Below are positions 1 through 10,207 of a stretch of DNA of 64,000 nt, piece after piece. This DNA comes from Candidatus Fusicatenibacter intestinigallinarum (GTDB lineage: Bacteria > Bacillota > Clostridia > Lachnospirales > Lachnospiraceae), in the NCBI GenBank assembly GCA_019119555.1, contig DWWU01000034.1:11032-75031 (forward strand). Reading direction: 5' to 3'. The translations under genes and the position numbers were made by a program. Under the pieces are notes generated by a model that was given only the letters and a program-made list of their open reading frames with translations, had not been told where the DNA came from and did not search any database. Position 1 is the first letter of the stretch. Every line of letters begins with the position of its first letter.

Positions 1-946
1 CGCCGGATACCTGATTGTTCACGCGCACCGGATTCGCCAGCAGCTGATAAATCCTTCCCTGCACCTCGAAAAGCCGTTCGTTGGATTTTCCGGTCAGCGC
101 TTCATCCAGCGCCTCCTTCAGCTCCTGATTGCGGCTTACGGTAATGATATTATGATTGACACATTCCTTGGCCGTCACATCAAACAGCTCCTGGGCAGAA
201 CGGTTGATGGAAAGAACATCCGACTGACTGGTCACGATCAGACCGTCTTTCATATACTCCGTGATCGTCATATACTCTTCCTGATTCTGCTTCATCTGAT
301 TCACCTGCTCGCGGATCTTGATCTGCTGCTGGTCAATACGCTTCAGAAGCGGCTCCAGTTCATCGTATGCGACATTATCCATCGGATGCTCCAGATCCAG
401 CTGATTGATCGGACTTACCAGTTTACGCGTCATACGGCTCGCAAAAATCATCGTCACGATCAGAATCGCCAGAATCAGAAGAATCAGACCTGCAAGTCCG
501 GAAAAAATAAACGAAAACACACTGTCGGATGTGCTTGCCAGACGCAGCACGCTTCCGTTGTCAAGCCGGATCGCATAGTAAAAGGTCTGTGTCCGCAGCG
601 TATCGGAATATCTGGAAAGCTGTGCGCTTCCATTCTGCACGGCCCGCTCAAATTCCGGACGGCCGCTGTGGTTTTCCATGGAGGACGCTTCCTCCACCGA
701 ATCGTAAAGGACTGTTCCGTCTGAACCGATCAGAGTTACCCGGCTGCTTGTTCTGCCGCCGGCTGTCTCTATATATTCCTCTCCGTAGGTATTGACGGCG
801 TACGCCATAATACGGCACTCGTCCTTGGCGTTCTCCTGCATCTGTTCGCTGAGATTACTGTACATAAACCAGCTCATCGACAGAAAAGTAAGTACAATCG
901 CCGTTATCACCAGAATCACTTCATGTCTGAAAATTCGTCGCTTCAC
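1..946 (-). CDS. phoR: PhoR-like sensor histidine kinase, N-terminal part (runs off window start)
   Basis: Manual translation from GTG at 946 (MKRRIFRHEVILVITAIVLTFLSMSWF...) gives an N-terminal TM helix; lies directly after the response regulator in a pst/pho operon. Confidence 0.8.
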   Translation of the reverse strand, partial: MKRRIFRHEVILVITAIVLTFLSMSWFMYSNLSEQMQENAKDECRIMAYAVNTYGEEYIETAGGRTSSRVTLIGSDGTVLYDSVEEASSMENHSGRPEFERAVQNGSAQLSRYSDTLRTQTFYYAIRLDNGSVLRLASTSDSVFSFIFSGLAGLILLILAILIVTMIFASRMTRKLVSPINQLDLEHPMDNVAYDELEPLLKRIDQQQIKIREQVNQMKQNQEEYMTITEYMKDGLIVTSQSDVLSINRSAQELFDVTAKECVNHNIITVSRNQELKEALDEALTGKSNERLFEVQGRIYQLLANPVRVNNQVSG

Positions 947-950
947 CGGT

Positions 951-1622
951 TCATCCTCCTATCCGGTACCCGACGCCGCGTACCGTTTCTATCAGATCGC
1001 CGCAGCTGCCCAGCTTCTGGCGCAGAGTACGGATATGAACGTCCACAGTTCTCGTCTCACCGTCAAAATCATATCCCCAGACATGACCAAGCAGTCTGTC
1101 CCGGGACATGACAATCCCCTGATTTTCCATCAGGTATTTTAAAAGTTCAAATTCCTTCAGCGTCAGCGTAATTTTTCTGTCTCCGATCAGCACCTGATGC
1201 TGCTTGATCTGAATCTGAAGATCTCCGATCTGCAGAACTTCCTGCTCTCGTTCCTCCTTGCCTGCTCTGCGCAGCACTGCGCGGACTCTCGCGATGAATT
1301 CCATCATGCCGAAGGGTTTTGTGATATAGTCGTCAGCTCCGTAATCCAGTCCCATCACTTTGTCATATTCCGCGCCCTTTGCAGTCACCATGATGACGGG
1401 AATCTCTCTGGTCACCTCGGAGGCTTTCAGGCGGCTCAGGATCTCAAGTCCGTCCTCACCGGGAAGCATGATATCCAGCAACACCAGATCCGGCAGTTCC
1501 TTTTCCATTTCCTGCATCAGTTCCTGCCCGCTCTCCAGACCCTTTGCATGAAACCCGCTGGATTCCAGAGTATAGACAATCAATTCCCGGATATTTCTCT
1601 CATCTTCCACGCAATAAATCAT
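951..1622 (-). CDS. phoP: OmpR/PhoB-family response regulator
   Basis: Receiver (LLDIMLP, DDYITKPF) plus wHTH (RTVDVHIRTLRQKL, TVRGVGY); context between phoU and phoR. Confidence 0.9.
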   Translation of the reverse strand: MIYCVEDERNIRELIVYTLESSGFHAKGLESGQELMQEMEKELPDLVLLDIMLPGEDGLEILSRLKASEVTREIPVIMVTAKGAEYDKVMGLDYGADDYITKPFGMMEFIARVRAVLRRAGKEEREQEVLQIGDLQIQIKQHQVLIGDRKITLTLKEFELLKYLMENQGIVMSRDRLLGHVWGYDFDGETRTVDVHIRTLRQKLGSCGDLIETVRGVGYRIGG

Positions 1623-1624
1623 TA

Positions 1625-2278
1625 TTATTCTCCTTCATGCTGACCAGTGACGGAAAAATCTACCCATTCTGCAATATTCGTCGCATGGTCTCCAATTCGC
1701 TCATAATATTTTGCAATCATCAGATAATCCAGTGACTGCTCCTCGGAGGATGTCCCGTTCTGCAGGCTCTGTACCAGCTCCTGCTTCACTTCATCAAACA
1801 GCTTATCTACCAGGTCGTCCTCCTGAATCACCTGGCGGGCGATCGTCAGGTCCTGCTTCACATAGGCGTCCACACTCTTGGAAACCATGCGCTGTGTGAT
1901 CTGAGCCATCTCCTTGATTTTGATCTTCTCGCTGGGCGCTTTCAGATGTGTCGTCTGAACGATCTCAGCGATATCTGACGCCTGATCGCCGATCCGTTCC
2001 ATGTCTGTGATCATTTTCAGAGCCGCAGACACCTGGCGCAGATCGCTTGCCACCGGCTGCTGCTGAAGCAGGAGTTTCAGACAGATACTCTCGATTTCTC
2101 TCTCCTTGGAATCAATCGCCGCATCCTTTTTTCGCAGTTCCTGCGCCGCTTTGGGATCTTCTTCCATCAACACCTGATAGGCGCGGCTGATTGCCTGTTC
2201 GCACAGCGCACCCATCTCAATCAGTTCCACATGCAGTTGTTCCATCTGTTTGGAAAACAAATTTCTCATATCAGCCAA
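1625..2278 (-). CDS. phoU: Phosphate signalling protein PhoU
   Basis: [14 protein letters not shown] motif twice, [12 protein letters not shown]. Confidence 0.95.
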   Translation of the reverse strand: MADMRNLFSKQMEQLHVELIEMGALCEQAISRAYQVLMEEDPKAAQELRKKDAAIDSKEREIESICLKLLLQQQPVASDLRQVSAALKMITDMERIGDQASDIAEIVQTTHLKAPSEKIKIKEMAQITQRMVSKSVDAYVKQDLTIARQVIQEDDLVDKLFDEVKQELVQSLQNGTSSEEQSLDYLMIAKYYERIGDHATNIAEWVDFSVTGQHEGE

Positions 2279-3047
2279 ACCTCCCTGTAATATAATTTTC
2301 CGTTCTCTTATCTTTCGGCATGGAGAATAGCTGCTCCGTATCGTTATATTCTACCACTTCTCCCAGAAGGAAGAAAGCAGTTTTATCAGAAATACGCGCT
2401 GCCTGCTGCATATTGTGCGTTACCATAATAATGGTATAATCCTTTTTCAGCTCCACTGCAAGGTCCTCGATCTTCGAAGTGGAAATCGGATCCAGCGCGG
2501 AGGTCGGCTCATCCATCAGGATCACCTCCGGTTCCACTGCAAGAGTTCTCGCAATACAGAGACGCTGCTGCTGTCCGCCGGACAGGCCGAGCGCACTTTT
2601 ATTCAGACGATCTTTCAGCTCATCCCAGATTGCCGCCTGGCGAAGGCTGCGCTCCACGATCTCATCCAGCTGGGATTTTTTCCGGATACCGAAAATGCGG
2701 GGGCCATATGCCACATTGTCATAAACGCTCTTCGGAAACGGATTCGGCTGCTGGAATACCATTCCGACTCTGTGGCGGAGGCTGATCGCGTCCAGATCAT
2801 TGAAAATGTCCGCGCCGTCCAGACGTACATTTCCGTCAATCTTCACATTTTCCACCAGATCATTCATACGGTTCAGAGTTTTCAGGAACGTTGATTTTCC
2901 GCATCCGGAAGGTCCGATAAACGCGGTGATCTCATGTTCCTCGATTTTCATATTGATATCTTTCAGAGCGTGGAAATCGCCATAGTGCAAGTTCAGGTTT
3001 TCCACTTCAAATTTGCTGTATTCGTTTGCTCCTTTTGTCTGTTCCAT
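2271..3047 (-). CDS. pstB: Phosphate ABC transporter ATPase
   Basis: [39 protein letters not shown]. Confidence 0.97.
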   Translation of the reverse strand: MEQTKGANEYSKFEVENLNLHYGDFHALKDINMKIEEHEITAFIGPSGCGKSTFLKTLNRMNDLVENVKIDGNVRLDGADIFNDLDAISLRHRVGMVFQQPNPFPKSVYDNVAYGPRIFGIRKKSQLDEIVERSLRQAAIWDELKDRLNKSALGLSGGQQQRLCIARTLAVEPEVILMDEPTSALDPISTSKIEDLAVELKKDYTIIMVTHNMQQAARISDKTAFFLLGEVVEYNDTEQLFSMPKDKRTENYITGRFG

Positions 3048-3107
3048 TTTCTTCTATATTCCTTTCTTCCCTTTCGGGGATTCCATCCGGGATAAGTTCT
3101 CGCAGTT

Positions 3108-3983
3108 TTATGCCGCTTCTCCGGCGCTCTTTCTGCTGATTCTACGGCTGAGAGCGTTTGCTCCGATGTTGAACACCAGAACAAGGATCAGCAGAACTGC
3201 GGAGGACAGATTGGCAAGCGCCCGATCCTGACCGTTGGTCTGCAGATTCCAGATCTGCAGAGAAAGCGTCTCCGCAGGACGGAAGATATTCAGCGGACAG
3301 GTAGGCGCCGTCAGATCCCAGTTGCTCCAGCGCAGATCGCTTCCGGATCCTGTGGTGTAGAGCAGCGCTGCCGCCTCACCGAATCCACGTCCCGCAGCCA
3401 GAATAACGCCGGTCATAATCCGCGGTACACAGGCCGGGAGCAGTACATGGAAAATGGACTGCCAGCGGGTTGCTCCAAGTCCAAGACTTGCCTGCAGGTA
3501 TCCCTGCGGAAGTCCGTTGATTGCATCCTCCGTCGTCGTCGTGATCAGCGGCAGCGTCAGGATGGAAACACAGAGCGCGCCGGCGATCAGGCTTCTTCCC
3601 AGTCCTGCCATAACCAGGAAGATCAGATAGCCGAATAGGCCGACAACGATGGACGGCAGAGAAGACAGAGTTTCAATACAGATACGAAGAAACTTTGTCA
3701 GCGGACCCTGCTTTGCATACATAGCCAGGTAGATGCCGCCGCACACACCGATCGGAATCGAAAAGACAAGAGAAATAAATACAAGGTACAATGTATTAAA
3801 CAGCTGATTTCCAATACTACCGGAACGCTCAAACGCAAACATCTCCGGGCTTGCGCCTGCCAGTCCTCCAATGATGACATAAGAGGCAAATCCAATCAGA
3901 AGGGCAAAAAAGAAGATCGCGATACAATAAAACACAATCGTCATGAATCTGTCCACTCCGATGGAACGTCTGATCTTATTCAT
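3108..3983 (-). CDS. pstA: Phosphate ABC transporter permease PstA
   Basis: Multi-TM; SLPSIVVGLFG, GRGFGEAAALL. Confidence 0.93.
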   Translation of the reverse strand: MNKIRRSIGVDRFMTIVFYCIAIFFFALLIGFASYVIIGGLAGASPEMFAFERSGSIGNQLFNTLYLVFISLVFSIPIGVCGGIYLAMYAKQGPLTKFLRICIETLSSLPSIVVGLFGYLIFLVMAGLGRSLIAGALCVSILTLPLITTTTEDAINGLPQGYLQASLGLGATRWQSIFHVLLPACVPRIMTGVILAAGRGFGEAAALLYTTGSGSDLRWSNWDLTAPTCPLNIFRPAETLSLQIWNLQTNGQDRALANLSSAVLLILVLVFNIGANALSRRISRKSAGEAA

Positions 3984-3985
3984 GA

Positions 3986-5014
3986 TTATTTTCCTCCTTC
4001 CATGACACGGCCGCCCGCGACATTCTGACCTTTTTCCTGTTCCATCGCGCGCACCTGACTCACATGATCCGTCTTTTTCTCACCGGCTGCCGCACGTTTT
4101 GCACTCTTTTCTCCGGCCTTTTCCGGATTCTTGCCTGAGAAGAAATGGATCAGGAAGATAAACAGCAGTGACATAAGGAAGAGCAGAAGAGCCATCGTCC
4201 ACAGCGCAGTCTTCAGTTCTCCGCCTTCCATCGCATTTCCCATCTGAGAAGCAATCTCAGTGGTCAGCGTTTTCGTTCTTGAGAAAAGGCTGGTCGGCAG
4301 CGCCGTTGTCTGTCCGATAACCATTGCCACCGCAAGCGCTTCTCCAAACGCACGGGCAAGACCGAGAATGACACCGGAGATAATGCCCGGGAACGCCGCC
4401 GGAATCACAATCCGGTAAGTTGTCTGCCAGCGTGTGGAGCCAAGTCCGTAAGCCGCCATACGGCAGTCTTTGGATACTGAGCGGATCGCGTCGGCAGAAA
4501 CACTGGTGATGGTCGGGAAAATCATAATTGCCAGAACGATTCCCGCGGCCAGAAGCGAATGTCCCACCTGTAAATCAAAGACATCCCTGATCGCCGGAAC
4601 AAGCACCGTCAGGCCGACCCATCCGTAAACAACGGAAGGGATTCCGGCAAAAATCTGAACCACCGGACGATAAAACTTTTCTCCGAATTTCGGAGCAATC
4701 TCCGTCATGAAAATCGCTGAGCCCAGCGCAAACGGAGTGGAAATCAGAAGCGCCAGCCCACAGGTTGACAAAGATCCTACGATAAAGATCAGCGCGCCGA
4801 CAGTTCCGCCGCCATCCGCACCGTCTGCCGGATCCCACGCAGTGGATCCCAGAAATTCCATCAGGCTGTGACCGAACTTTGTAAAGGTTCCGGATCCCTG
4901 ATAAATCAGAAACGCGCCGATGCTGATGGTCAGAACAATGACAAACAGTCCGCAGACCGCCATCAGTGTGCGCCAAAAATACTCTTTTCTAAACATTCCT
5001 TTTGTTGTATTCAT
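3986..5014 (-). CDS. pstC: Phosphate ABC transporter permease PstC
   Basis: GIPSVVYG, ARAFGEALAVAMVIG; charged C-terminal extension. Confidence 0.93.
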   Translation of the reverse strand: MNTTKGMFRKEYFWRTLMAVCGLFVIVLTISIGAFLIYQGSGTFTKFGHSLMEFLGSTAWDPADGADGGGTVGALIFIVGSLSTCGLALLISTPFALGSAIFMTEIAPKFGEKFYRPVVQIFAGIPSVVYGWVGLTVLVPAIRDVFDLQVGHSLLAAGIVLAIMIFPTITSVSADAIRSVSKDCRMAAYGLGSTRWQTTYRIVIPAAFPGIISGVILGLARAFGEALAVAMVIGQTTALPTSLFSRTKTLTTEIASQMGNAMEGGELKTALWTMALLLFLMSLLFIFLIHFFSGKNPEKAGEKSAKRAAAGEKKTDHVSQVRAMEQEKGQNVAGGRVMEGGK

Positions 5015-5080
5015 AAAAATTCCTCTTTACCATATGGAAAACCTGCCGGCGGCAGCTTTCCTGCTTGCTGCGCAAACGAA

Positions 5081-5112
5081 AAGGCGGGCATCGCCGTCTC
5101 AGCGCCCGCCTT
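5081..5112 (-). other. Stem-loop between pstS and pstC (possible mRNA stabiliser or attenuator)
   Basis: AAGGCGGGC...GCCCGCCTT inverted repeat just after the pstS stop. Confidence 0.55.
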
Positions 5113-5126
5113 CCGTTTCGCTATAC

Positions 5127-6083
5127 TTAGTGCTCTGTAACAGTCATTTTGGAAGATACGCCATAACCCAGTTCTTCCATACGGCTGCCATACTCATCAG
5201 ACATGATGTAATCCAGGAATGCCTGTACCACTTCGTTCGGCTCACCGTTGGTGTACATATGCTCATAGGTCCATACCGGATAGGTTCCGTTGTAGGTGTT
5301 CTCCAGTGTCGGCTCAACGCCATCGATTGCCAGAGTCGCAACCTCGGTCTCATCTACCAGATAAGAAAGTGCTACATAACCGATTGCACCTTTCGTATCC
5401 TTTACATTCTGCAGAAGGACACCGGAATCATCTGTTTCCATAGAAGCATTGGAAGCCTCAGAGTTTCCATCCAGCGCATACTTTTCGAAGGTAGCTCTTG
5501 TACCGGAAGACTCCGGACGTGTGATCAGGATGATGTCCTCATCCGGTCCGCCTACTTCACTCCAGTTTGTGGTCTCGCCGGTGAAGATAGAGATCAGCTG
5601 ATCTTTTGTCAGATCGGTAACGCCTGCTTCATAAACATCCGGGTTTACGATCGGCGCCATTGTGATGACGCAAACCTGATGATCTACCAGGCCTTCTGAT
5701 GCAGAAGCATCCAGCTTCTCTTCTGCAGACACATCGGAGTTTCCGATATCTACGGTACCGTCAGCCACCTGCTGCAGTCCCTGTCCGGAACCGCCTGCAT
5801 CGATGGTGATGGACACATCCGGATGCAGTTCATTAAAGTACTCTGCTGCGTCGTCTGCCAGCGGTTTCAGTGCGGAAGAACCTGCTGCTGTAATGGTTCC
5901 GCTCAGTTCCTCTGCGGTAGAATTTCCGGAAGCTGCAGAAGCAGAATTGTCAGAAGATCCGGAAGCTGCTGATGCGCTGGAAGAACCGGAGGTGCTTGCG
6001 GAATCACTGTTTCCGCCGCATCCCGCGAGCATTCCTGTCGCAACAATCGCTGTCATTACTAATGCCATAATTTTTCTTTTCAT
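5127..6083 (-). CDS. pstS: Phosphate-binding lipoprotein PstS
   Basis: Lipobox LAGC, Ser-rich linker, GSSALKPL, GGSGQG, RPESSGTRATF; start chosen at ATG 6083 after GAGGAG. Confidence 0.93.
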   Translation of the reverse strand: MKRKIMALVMTAIVATGMLAGCGGNSDSASTSGSSSASAASGSSDNSASAASGNSTAEELSGTITAAGSSALKPLADDAAEYFNELHPDVSITIDAGGSGQGLQQVADGTVDIGNSDVSAEEKLDASASEGLVDHQVCVITMAPIVNPDVYEAGVTDLTKDQLISIFTGETTNWSEVGGPDEDIILITRPESSGTRATFEKYALDGNSEASNASMETDDSGVLLQNVKDTKGAIGYVALSYLVDETEVATLAIDGVEPTLENTYNGTYPVWTYEHMYTNGEPNEVVQAFLDYIMSDEYGSRMEELGYGVSSKMTVTEH

Positions 6084-6185
6084 TTTTTTCTCCTCTTTTT
6101 CCATTTTTTTTGGTTTGAAGAACTTTACATTTCGTTTTTACAAATCAATCTTAACAATTTTATGTAAAATGCAAAATCAGCACTG

Positions 6186-6243
6186 TGTAAAATCTATGTT
6201 AAAAACGGTATTTTTTCGGAAAATCGTGTTAAATCCATGTAAA
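6186..6243 (-). promoter_or_regulatory. PHO boxes (PhoP direct repeats)
   Basis: Two pairs of TT(A/T)ACA hexamers with 11-bp periodicity on the minus strand (6186/6197 and 6227/6238) upstream of pstS; matches the Firmicutes PhoP consensus. Confidence 0.75.
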
Positions 6244-6282
6244 ATCAGTGAGAATATCCCCTTTACAATGCCAGGCTGCAGC

Positions 6283-6414
6283 GGTTACACGCTGCTGATC
6301 AGCCAGGTCCGCACAGACCGTATGAAAACGTAACGCCTGTGGGCATCCGGCCCATCGCGAAGTGATTTTCAACTGCCGGACGCCATAATCGTTCGGCTGG
6401 CTGCACGGTTATGG
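6283..6414 (+). repeat. Dispersed ~130-bp structured repeat, copy A
   Basis: CCAGGTCCGCACAGACCGTATGAAA...GGCATCCGGCCCATCGCGAAGTGAT... plus terminal palindrome; similar to the copies at 9975, 51641 and 57034. Confidence 0.8.
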
Positions 6415-6489
6415 TTTCGCCGATAGCTTTCTTGGGAAATATTGTTCCGCCTGAAGTTCCGTGATATGATAAGAAATGACAATTCGCCA

Positions 6490-6556
6490 TAACTGAATTA
6501 CTACAGCAGCCGGTCATCAGAATCATTTTACGATGAACCGGATGCCCGCAGAGACA
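6490..6556 (-). repeat. Degenerate inverted partial copy of the dispersed repeat
   Basis: CCGGTCATCAGAATCATTTTACGATGAACCGGATGCC aligns by eye to CCGGCCATGGGAAATCGCTTCGCGATGGGCCGGATGCC of copy B. Confidence 0.55.
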
Positions 6557-6632
6557 TGCCTGAGGCAGCCACAGGAATGAAACATTTAAGGATCTACAGA
6601 CAGGCTTACGACAGAAAGGAGACTGAGACCAG

Positions 6633-7520
6633 ATGTCGCAGATCATTCAGAGGGATTTTCAGAAAACCAGAAAAGAAACCATTGCCGTCTCCGCGGACAA
6701 GCAGATTCGCTTCGATGTGGCTGTCGACCACGGGAGCTTCACTCCGAGTCACTGGCACGAAGCCATCGAGATTATCTATGTTCTGGAAGGGACTGCTGTC
6801 GTTGCCCTGTTTGACCAGACGATCCTGCTGGAACCGGGACAGTTTCTTCTGATCAATTCGGGACTGGTTCATGCATCCAGATGTCCTTCCGGAAACCGTA
6901 CCATTCTCGTACAGATTCCGGACGAATTTCTCGCCTCCTGTCTCTCTGACATTTCCCGGCTGTGGTTCGTCATTGATTACAACAGCCCCGACGCAACGGT
7001 TCAGGGAGAGATTCAGCGCCTGCGGGAGCTTCTTCTGGACATGATGCAGCTCCAGGAGACTTCCCGACCGGGATATCTGTTCGCCTTTAACAGAGACCTG
7101 TTTGAGTTTCTGGATCTCTTATACCGGAATTTTCTCCGGGAGATGCCTGGAAATTATCAGCCGAAAAGTTCCCGGATTCTGTCCCGCCTGGACGCAGTGC
7201 TCGATTACACCCATCAGAATTACAGCTCGCAGATCACACTGAGAGACGCCGCCGGAGTCGCTGCCCTGCAGCCGGAATATTTCTGCCGCTTTTTCCGTGA
7301 AAACATGGGGACTACCTGGCTCCAGTACCTCAACGATTACCGGCTCTCCCGTCTGTACCGGGATCTTCTGGTGACCGACCTGAGTATCCGTGAACTGGAG
7401 GAACGCCACGGTTTCTCCAACGACAAACTGTTTCACAAGCTGTTTCGCGACAGATTCCATACGACGCCTCTCCAGGCGCGGAAAAAGGCACGGCAGCTGG
7501 AGCAGAGTGAAACAAGATGA
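6633..7520 (+). CDS. AraC-family transcriptional regulator
   Basis: Cupin N-terminus (SHWHEAIEIIYV), C-terminal AraC HTH (YFCRFFRENMG, GFSNDKLFHKLFR). Confidence 0.9.
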   Translation: MSQIIQRDFQKTRKETIAVSADKQIRFDVAVDHGSFTPSHWHEAIEIIYVLEGTAVVALFDQTILLEPGQFLLINSGLVHASRCPSGNRTILVQIPDEFLASCLSDISRLWFVIDYNSPDATVQGEIQRLRELLLDMMQLQETSRPGYLFAFNRDLFEFLDLLYRNFLREMPGNYQPKSSRILSRLDAVLDYTHQNYSSQITLRDAAGVAALQPEYFCRFFRENMGTTWLQYLNDYRLSRLYRDLLVTDLSIRELEERHGFSNDKLFHKLFRDRFHTTPLQARKKARQLEQSETR

Positions 7521-7521
7521 G

Positions 7522-7566
7522 AAAAAAAGAACCCGCCGGGCGTTTCCGCCCGACGGGTTCTTTTTA
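7522..7566. terminator. Bidirectional intrinsic terminator (AraC / rplA)
   Basis: AAAAAAAGAACCCG..GGGCG-loop-CGCCC..CGGGTTCTTTTT between convergent genes. Confidence 0.85.
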
Positions 7567-7577
7567 TCGTTCTATCG

Positions 7578-8270
7578 TTATGCAAGTTTTACCGGGTTAA
7601 CCTTAACGCCAGGTCCCATTGTCGGAGCCAGGGTTACACTTCTCAGGTACTGTCCCTTCAGAGTGTTTGGTCTCGCCTTGATAATTGCACCGATCAGCGT
7701 CTGGAAGTTGTCGCTTAACTGCTCCTCTGTGAAAGAAGCTTTTCCGATTGGCACGTGGATAATGTTTGTTTTGTCAAGACGGTACTCAATTTTACCAGCC
7801 TTGATCTCCTGTACAGCTTTGGTAACATCCATTGTTACAGTACCAGCCTTCGGGTTCGGCATTAAGCCCTTCGGTCCAAGTACACGTCCCAGACGACCAA
7901 CAACACCCATCATATCAGGAGTTGCAACAACAACGTCAAAATCCAGCCATCCTTCGTTCTGGATCTTCGGAATCAGTTCCTCTGCTCCTACGAACTCTGC
8001 TCCTGCAGCCTGTGCCTCGTCAGCTTTCGCGCCTTTTGCGAATACAAGAACACGAACCTGCTTTCCTGTTCCGTGCGGCAGTACAACCGCGCCACGGATC
8101 TGCTGGTCTGCGTGACGTCCGTCACAGCCTGTCTTGATATGAACTTCGATTGTCTCGTCAAATTTAGCAGTAGCCAGTTTCTTTACTGTAGAAATAGCAT
8201 CTGCCGGGTCGTACAAAGTTGTACGGTCTACTGCTTTCGCAGCCTCTAAATATTTCTTTCCGTGTTTCAT
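7578..8270 (-). CDS. rplA: 50S ribosomal protein L1
   Basis: [31 protein letters not shown]. Confidence 0.98.
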   Translation of the reverse strand: MKHGKKYLEAAKAVDRTTLYDPADAISTVKKLATAKFDETIEVHIKTGCDGRHADQQIRGAVVLPHGTGKQVRVLVFAKGAKADEAQAAGAEFVGAEELIPKIQNEGWLDFDVVVATPDMMGVVGRLGRVLGPKGLMPNPKAGTVTMDVTKAVQEIKAGKIEYRLDKTNIIHVPIGKASFTEEQLSDNFQTLIGAIIKARPNTLKGQYLRSVTLAPTMGPGVKVNPVKLA

Positions 8271-8287
8271 TTTCTAATAACCTCCTG

Positions 8288-8316
8288 GTGGTAATTGCGG
8301 GAATTTCCCTCCCACG
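8288..8316 (-). promoter_or_regulatory. L1-binding autoregulatory leader before rplA
   Basis: CGTGGGAGGGAAATTCCCGCAATTACCAC abutting the RBS; GGGAG...ACCAC L1-site pattern; near-identical copy before rplK. Confidence 0.75.
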
Positions 8317-8339
8317 TCTTCAATTGCTGAGTATCTGTC

Positions 8340-8765
8340 TTAGTCCTCTACTACGATACCCATACTTCTTGCGGTACCGGCAATCATGCTCATAGCTGCT
8401 TCGATGGATGCCGCATTCAGATCCGGCATCTTTGTCTCTGCAATCTCACGGATCTTGTCTTTGGAAATTGTTGCAACTTTGGTCTTGTTCGGAACACCGG
8501 AACCGGACTTGATGTTGCAGGCTTTCTTCAGAAGAACTGCTGCCGGCGGAGTTTTTGTTACGAAGCTGAAACTTCTGTCTGCATAAACAGTGATAACTAC
8601 AGGGATGATCACATCGCCCTTATCTGCTGTTCTTGCGTTGAATTCTTTTGTAAACTGTACGATGTTTACACCATGCTGTCCAAGAGCCGGACCAACTGGT
8701 GGCGCTGGTGTCGCTTTACCAGCAGGAATCTGTAACTTGATGTATCCTTCTACTTTCTTTGCCAT
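8340..8765 (-). CDS. rplK: 50S ribosomal protein L11
   Basis: MAKKV...[13 protein letters not shown]...IAGTARSMG. Confidence 0.98.
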   Translation of the reverse strand: MAKKVEGYIKLQIPAGKATPAPPVGPALGQHGVNIVQFTKEFNARTADKGDVIIPVVITVYADRSFSFVTKTPPAAVLLKKACNIKSGSGVPNKTKVATISKDKIREIAETKMPDLNAASIEAAMSMIAGTARSMGIVVED

Positions 8766-8786
8766 TTTAGGCACCTCCTAATAAAT

Positions 8787-8815
8787 GTGGTAATTGCGGG
8801 AATCTCCCTCCCACG
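8787..8815 (-). promoter_or_regulatory. L1-binding autoregulatory leader before rplK
   Basis: 28/29 nt identical to 8288-8316. Confidence 0.75.
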
Positions 8816-8835
8816 AAACGCGGAAACCACGTTTC

Positions 8836-9357
8836 TTACATCTTCTTAACTTCTGCGAAACTAATTTCAACCGGCGTCTCGCGGCCGAACAGCTCAACAT
8901 TGATGGTAACCATCTGCTTTGCTTTGTTGATACTCTGGATAATACCCTGGGTATCCTTCCATGCACCGCCCGTAACAGTGACTGCGTCTCCCTCCTGAAG
9001 ATCAAACTCAACTTTTTCTGTTGCCTCGTTGATTCCAAGATTCATCATCTCTGTCTCGGTCAGGGGCACCGGCTTAGAACCTGGTCCTACAAATCCGGTT
9101 ACGCCTCTGGTGTTGCGGACCACATACCAGGTATCATCGTTCATCACCATGTTCAAAAGAACATAGCCTGGAAACAATTTTCTCTGTACCTGCCGTTTGG
9201 TGCCGTTCTTGATCTCAACGACCTCTTCCATCGGGACACGTACTTCCAGAATCTGGTCCTCAAGGTGACGGTTTTCGATTGTCTTCTCAATATTGGCTTT
9301 TACTTTATTTTCATAGCCCGAATAGGTGTGGACTACATACCAGTTTGCTTCTGACAT
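8836..9357 (-). CDS. nusG: Transcription termination/antitermination factor NusG
   Basis: WYVVHTYSGYENKV, FPGYV, KOW domain, FGRETPVE. Confidence 0.98.
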   Translation of the reverse strand: MSEANWYVVHTYSGYENKVKANIEKTIENRHLEDQILEVRVPMEEVVEIKNGTKRQVQRKLFPGYVLLNMVMNDDTWYVVRNTRGVTGFVGPGSKPVPLTETEMMNLGINEATEKVEFDLQEGDAVTVTGGAWKDTQGIIQSINKAKQMVTINVELFGRETPVEISFAEVKKM

Positions 9358-9372
9358 TTGCTCACCTTTTCC

Positions 9373-9579
9373 TTATTTAATCAGTAAGTTGACGATCTCC
9401 AGAACGACGCTGTCAACCAGCGTAATCAGTCCGCACAGAACCGCAGAAATTGCAACGACGGCAACTGTCTGCTTTCCGAGGGTCTTCCTGTCCGTCCAGA
9501 TAATCTTGCCAAATTCGGATTTCAATCCTTTGAACCAGCTTTTTTTTCCGGATTTCTTTTTCTTCTCAGCCTCTGCCAT
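9373..9579 (-). CDS. secE: Preprotein translocase SecE
   Basis: FKGLKSEFGKIIW plus single TM; rpmG-secE-nusG synteny. Confidence 0.92.
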   Translation of the reverse strand: MAEAEKKKKSGKKSWFKGLKSEFGKIIWTDRKTLGKQTVAVVAISAVLCGLITLVDSVVLEIVNLLIK

Positions 9580-9599
9580 ATGCTCACCTCTTACCAAAA

Positions 9600-9749
9600 T
9601 TATTTGGTCTCTTTGTGCATTGTGTGTCTCTTGCAGAACTTACAATATTTCTTTGTTTCCATTCTGTCCGGATGATTTTTTTTCTCTTTTGTCATGTTGT
9701 AATTCCGTTGTTTACACTCCGTACATGCCAATGTGATTTTTACGCGCAC
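9600..9749 (-). CDS. rpmG: 50S ribosomal protein L33 (Zn-binding C+ form)
   Basis: GTG start after GGAGG; [17 protein letters not shown]...[16 protein letters not shown]. Confidence 0.96.
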   Translation of the reverse strand: MRVKITLACTECKQRNYNMTKEKKNHPDRMETKKYCKFCKRHTMHKETK

Positions 9750-9889
9750 GACTTCCACCTCCACTGTGTATTTGCGTTTCCTGTCATCGCTGACGTTTGC
9801 GGCGGTCTTCTCTTTTCTGCGATTGCGACAGCGTTCGTACCCACTGTTTTTACGCATAAAAAAAAGACCTTCTTCCATGTCGCTTATTG

Positions 9890-9918
9890 AGTATACCACG
9901 CTTCTCTGATACCGTCAA
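9890..9918 (-). promoter_or_regulatory. Sigma-A promoter of the rpmG operon
   Basis: TTGACG-N17-TATACT. Confidence 0.75.
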
Positions 9919-9974
9919 GTTTTTTTCATCAATCTTTCAAAGCCCGGCGAGCCGTCTGTTCGGAACTTCTCACC

Positions 9975-10110
9975 GGGTAACTGTTCAGCCAAGTGAACTG
10001 TTACCCCATCCGGCCATGGGAAATCGCTTCGCGATGGGCCGGATGCCTGCAAGCACTATGCTTTCATACGGTCTGTGCATTTACTGCACAGACCTGGATG
10101 AACTGTAACT
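9975..10110 (-). repeat. Dispersed ~130-bp structured repeat, copy B (best preserved)
   Basis: Three hairpins: GGTCTGTGCA/TGCACAGACC; CATCCGGCC..ATCGC GAA GCGAT..GGCCGGATG; GGGTAAC.GTTCA/TGAAC.GTTACCC. Confidence 0.85.
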
Positions 10111-10207
10111 CACCGAACGTAAGGAGGAAATATCTTTATTGGTCTTTCTGTTTTTTCCTATATATTAGGAACGCTGTCTGCAGTATCTTTGATCCTCCGC
10201 ACAAGCA

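Noticed and set aside
6299-6646. Small ORFs sharing peptides such as RFAMGRM...SYGLC (also 9887-10108 and 51644-51829)
   Set aside because: They are translations of the dispersed DNA repeat with inconsistent starts and stops; no evidence of a real protein family.
8851-8863. TTCTGCGAAA recombinase arm inside nusG; another at 51599-51608
   Set aside because: Half-sites only, with no partner arm or core; 10-bp matches in coding or flanking sequence are most likely chance.
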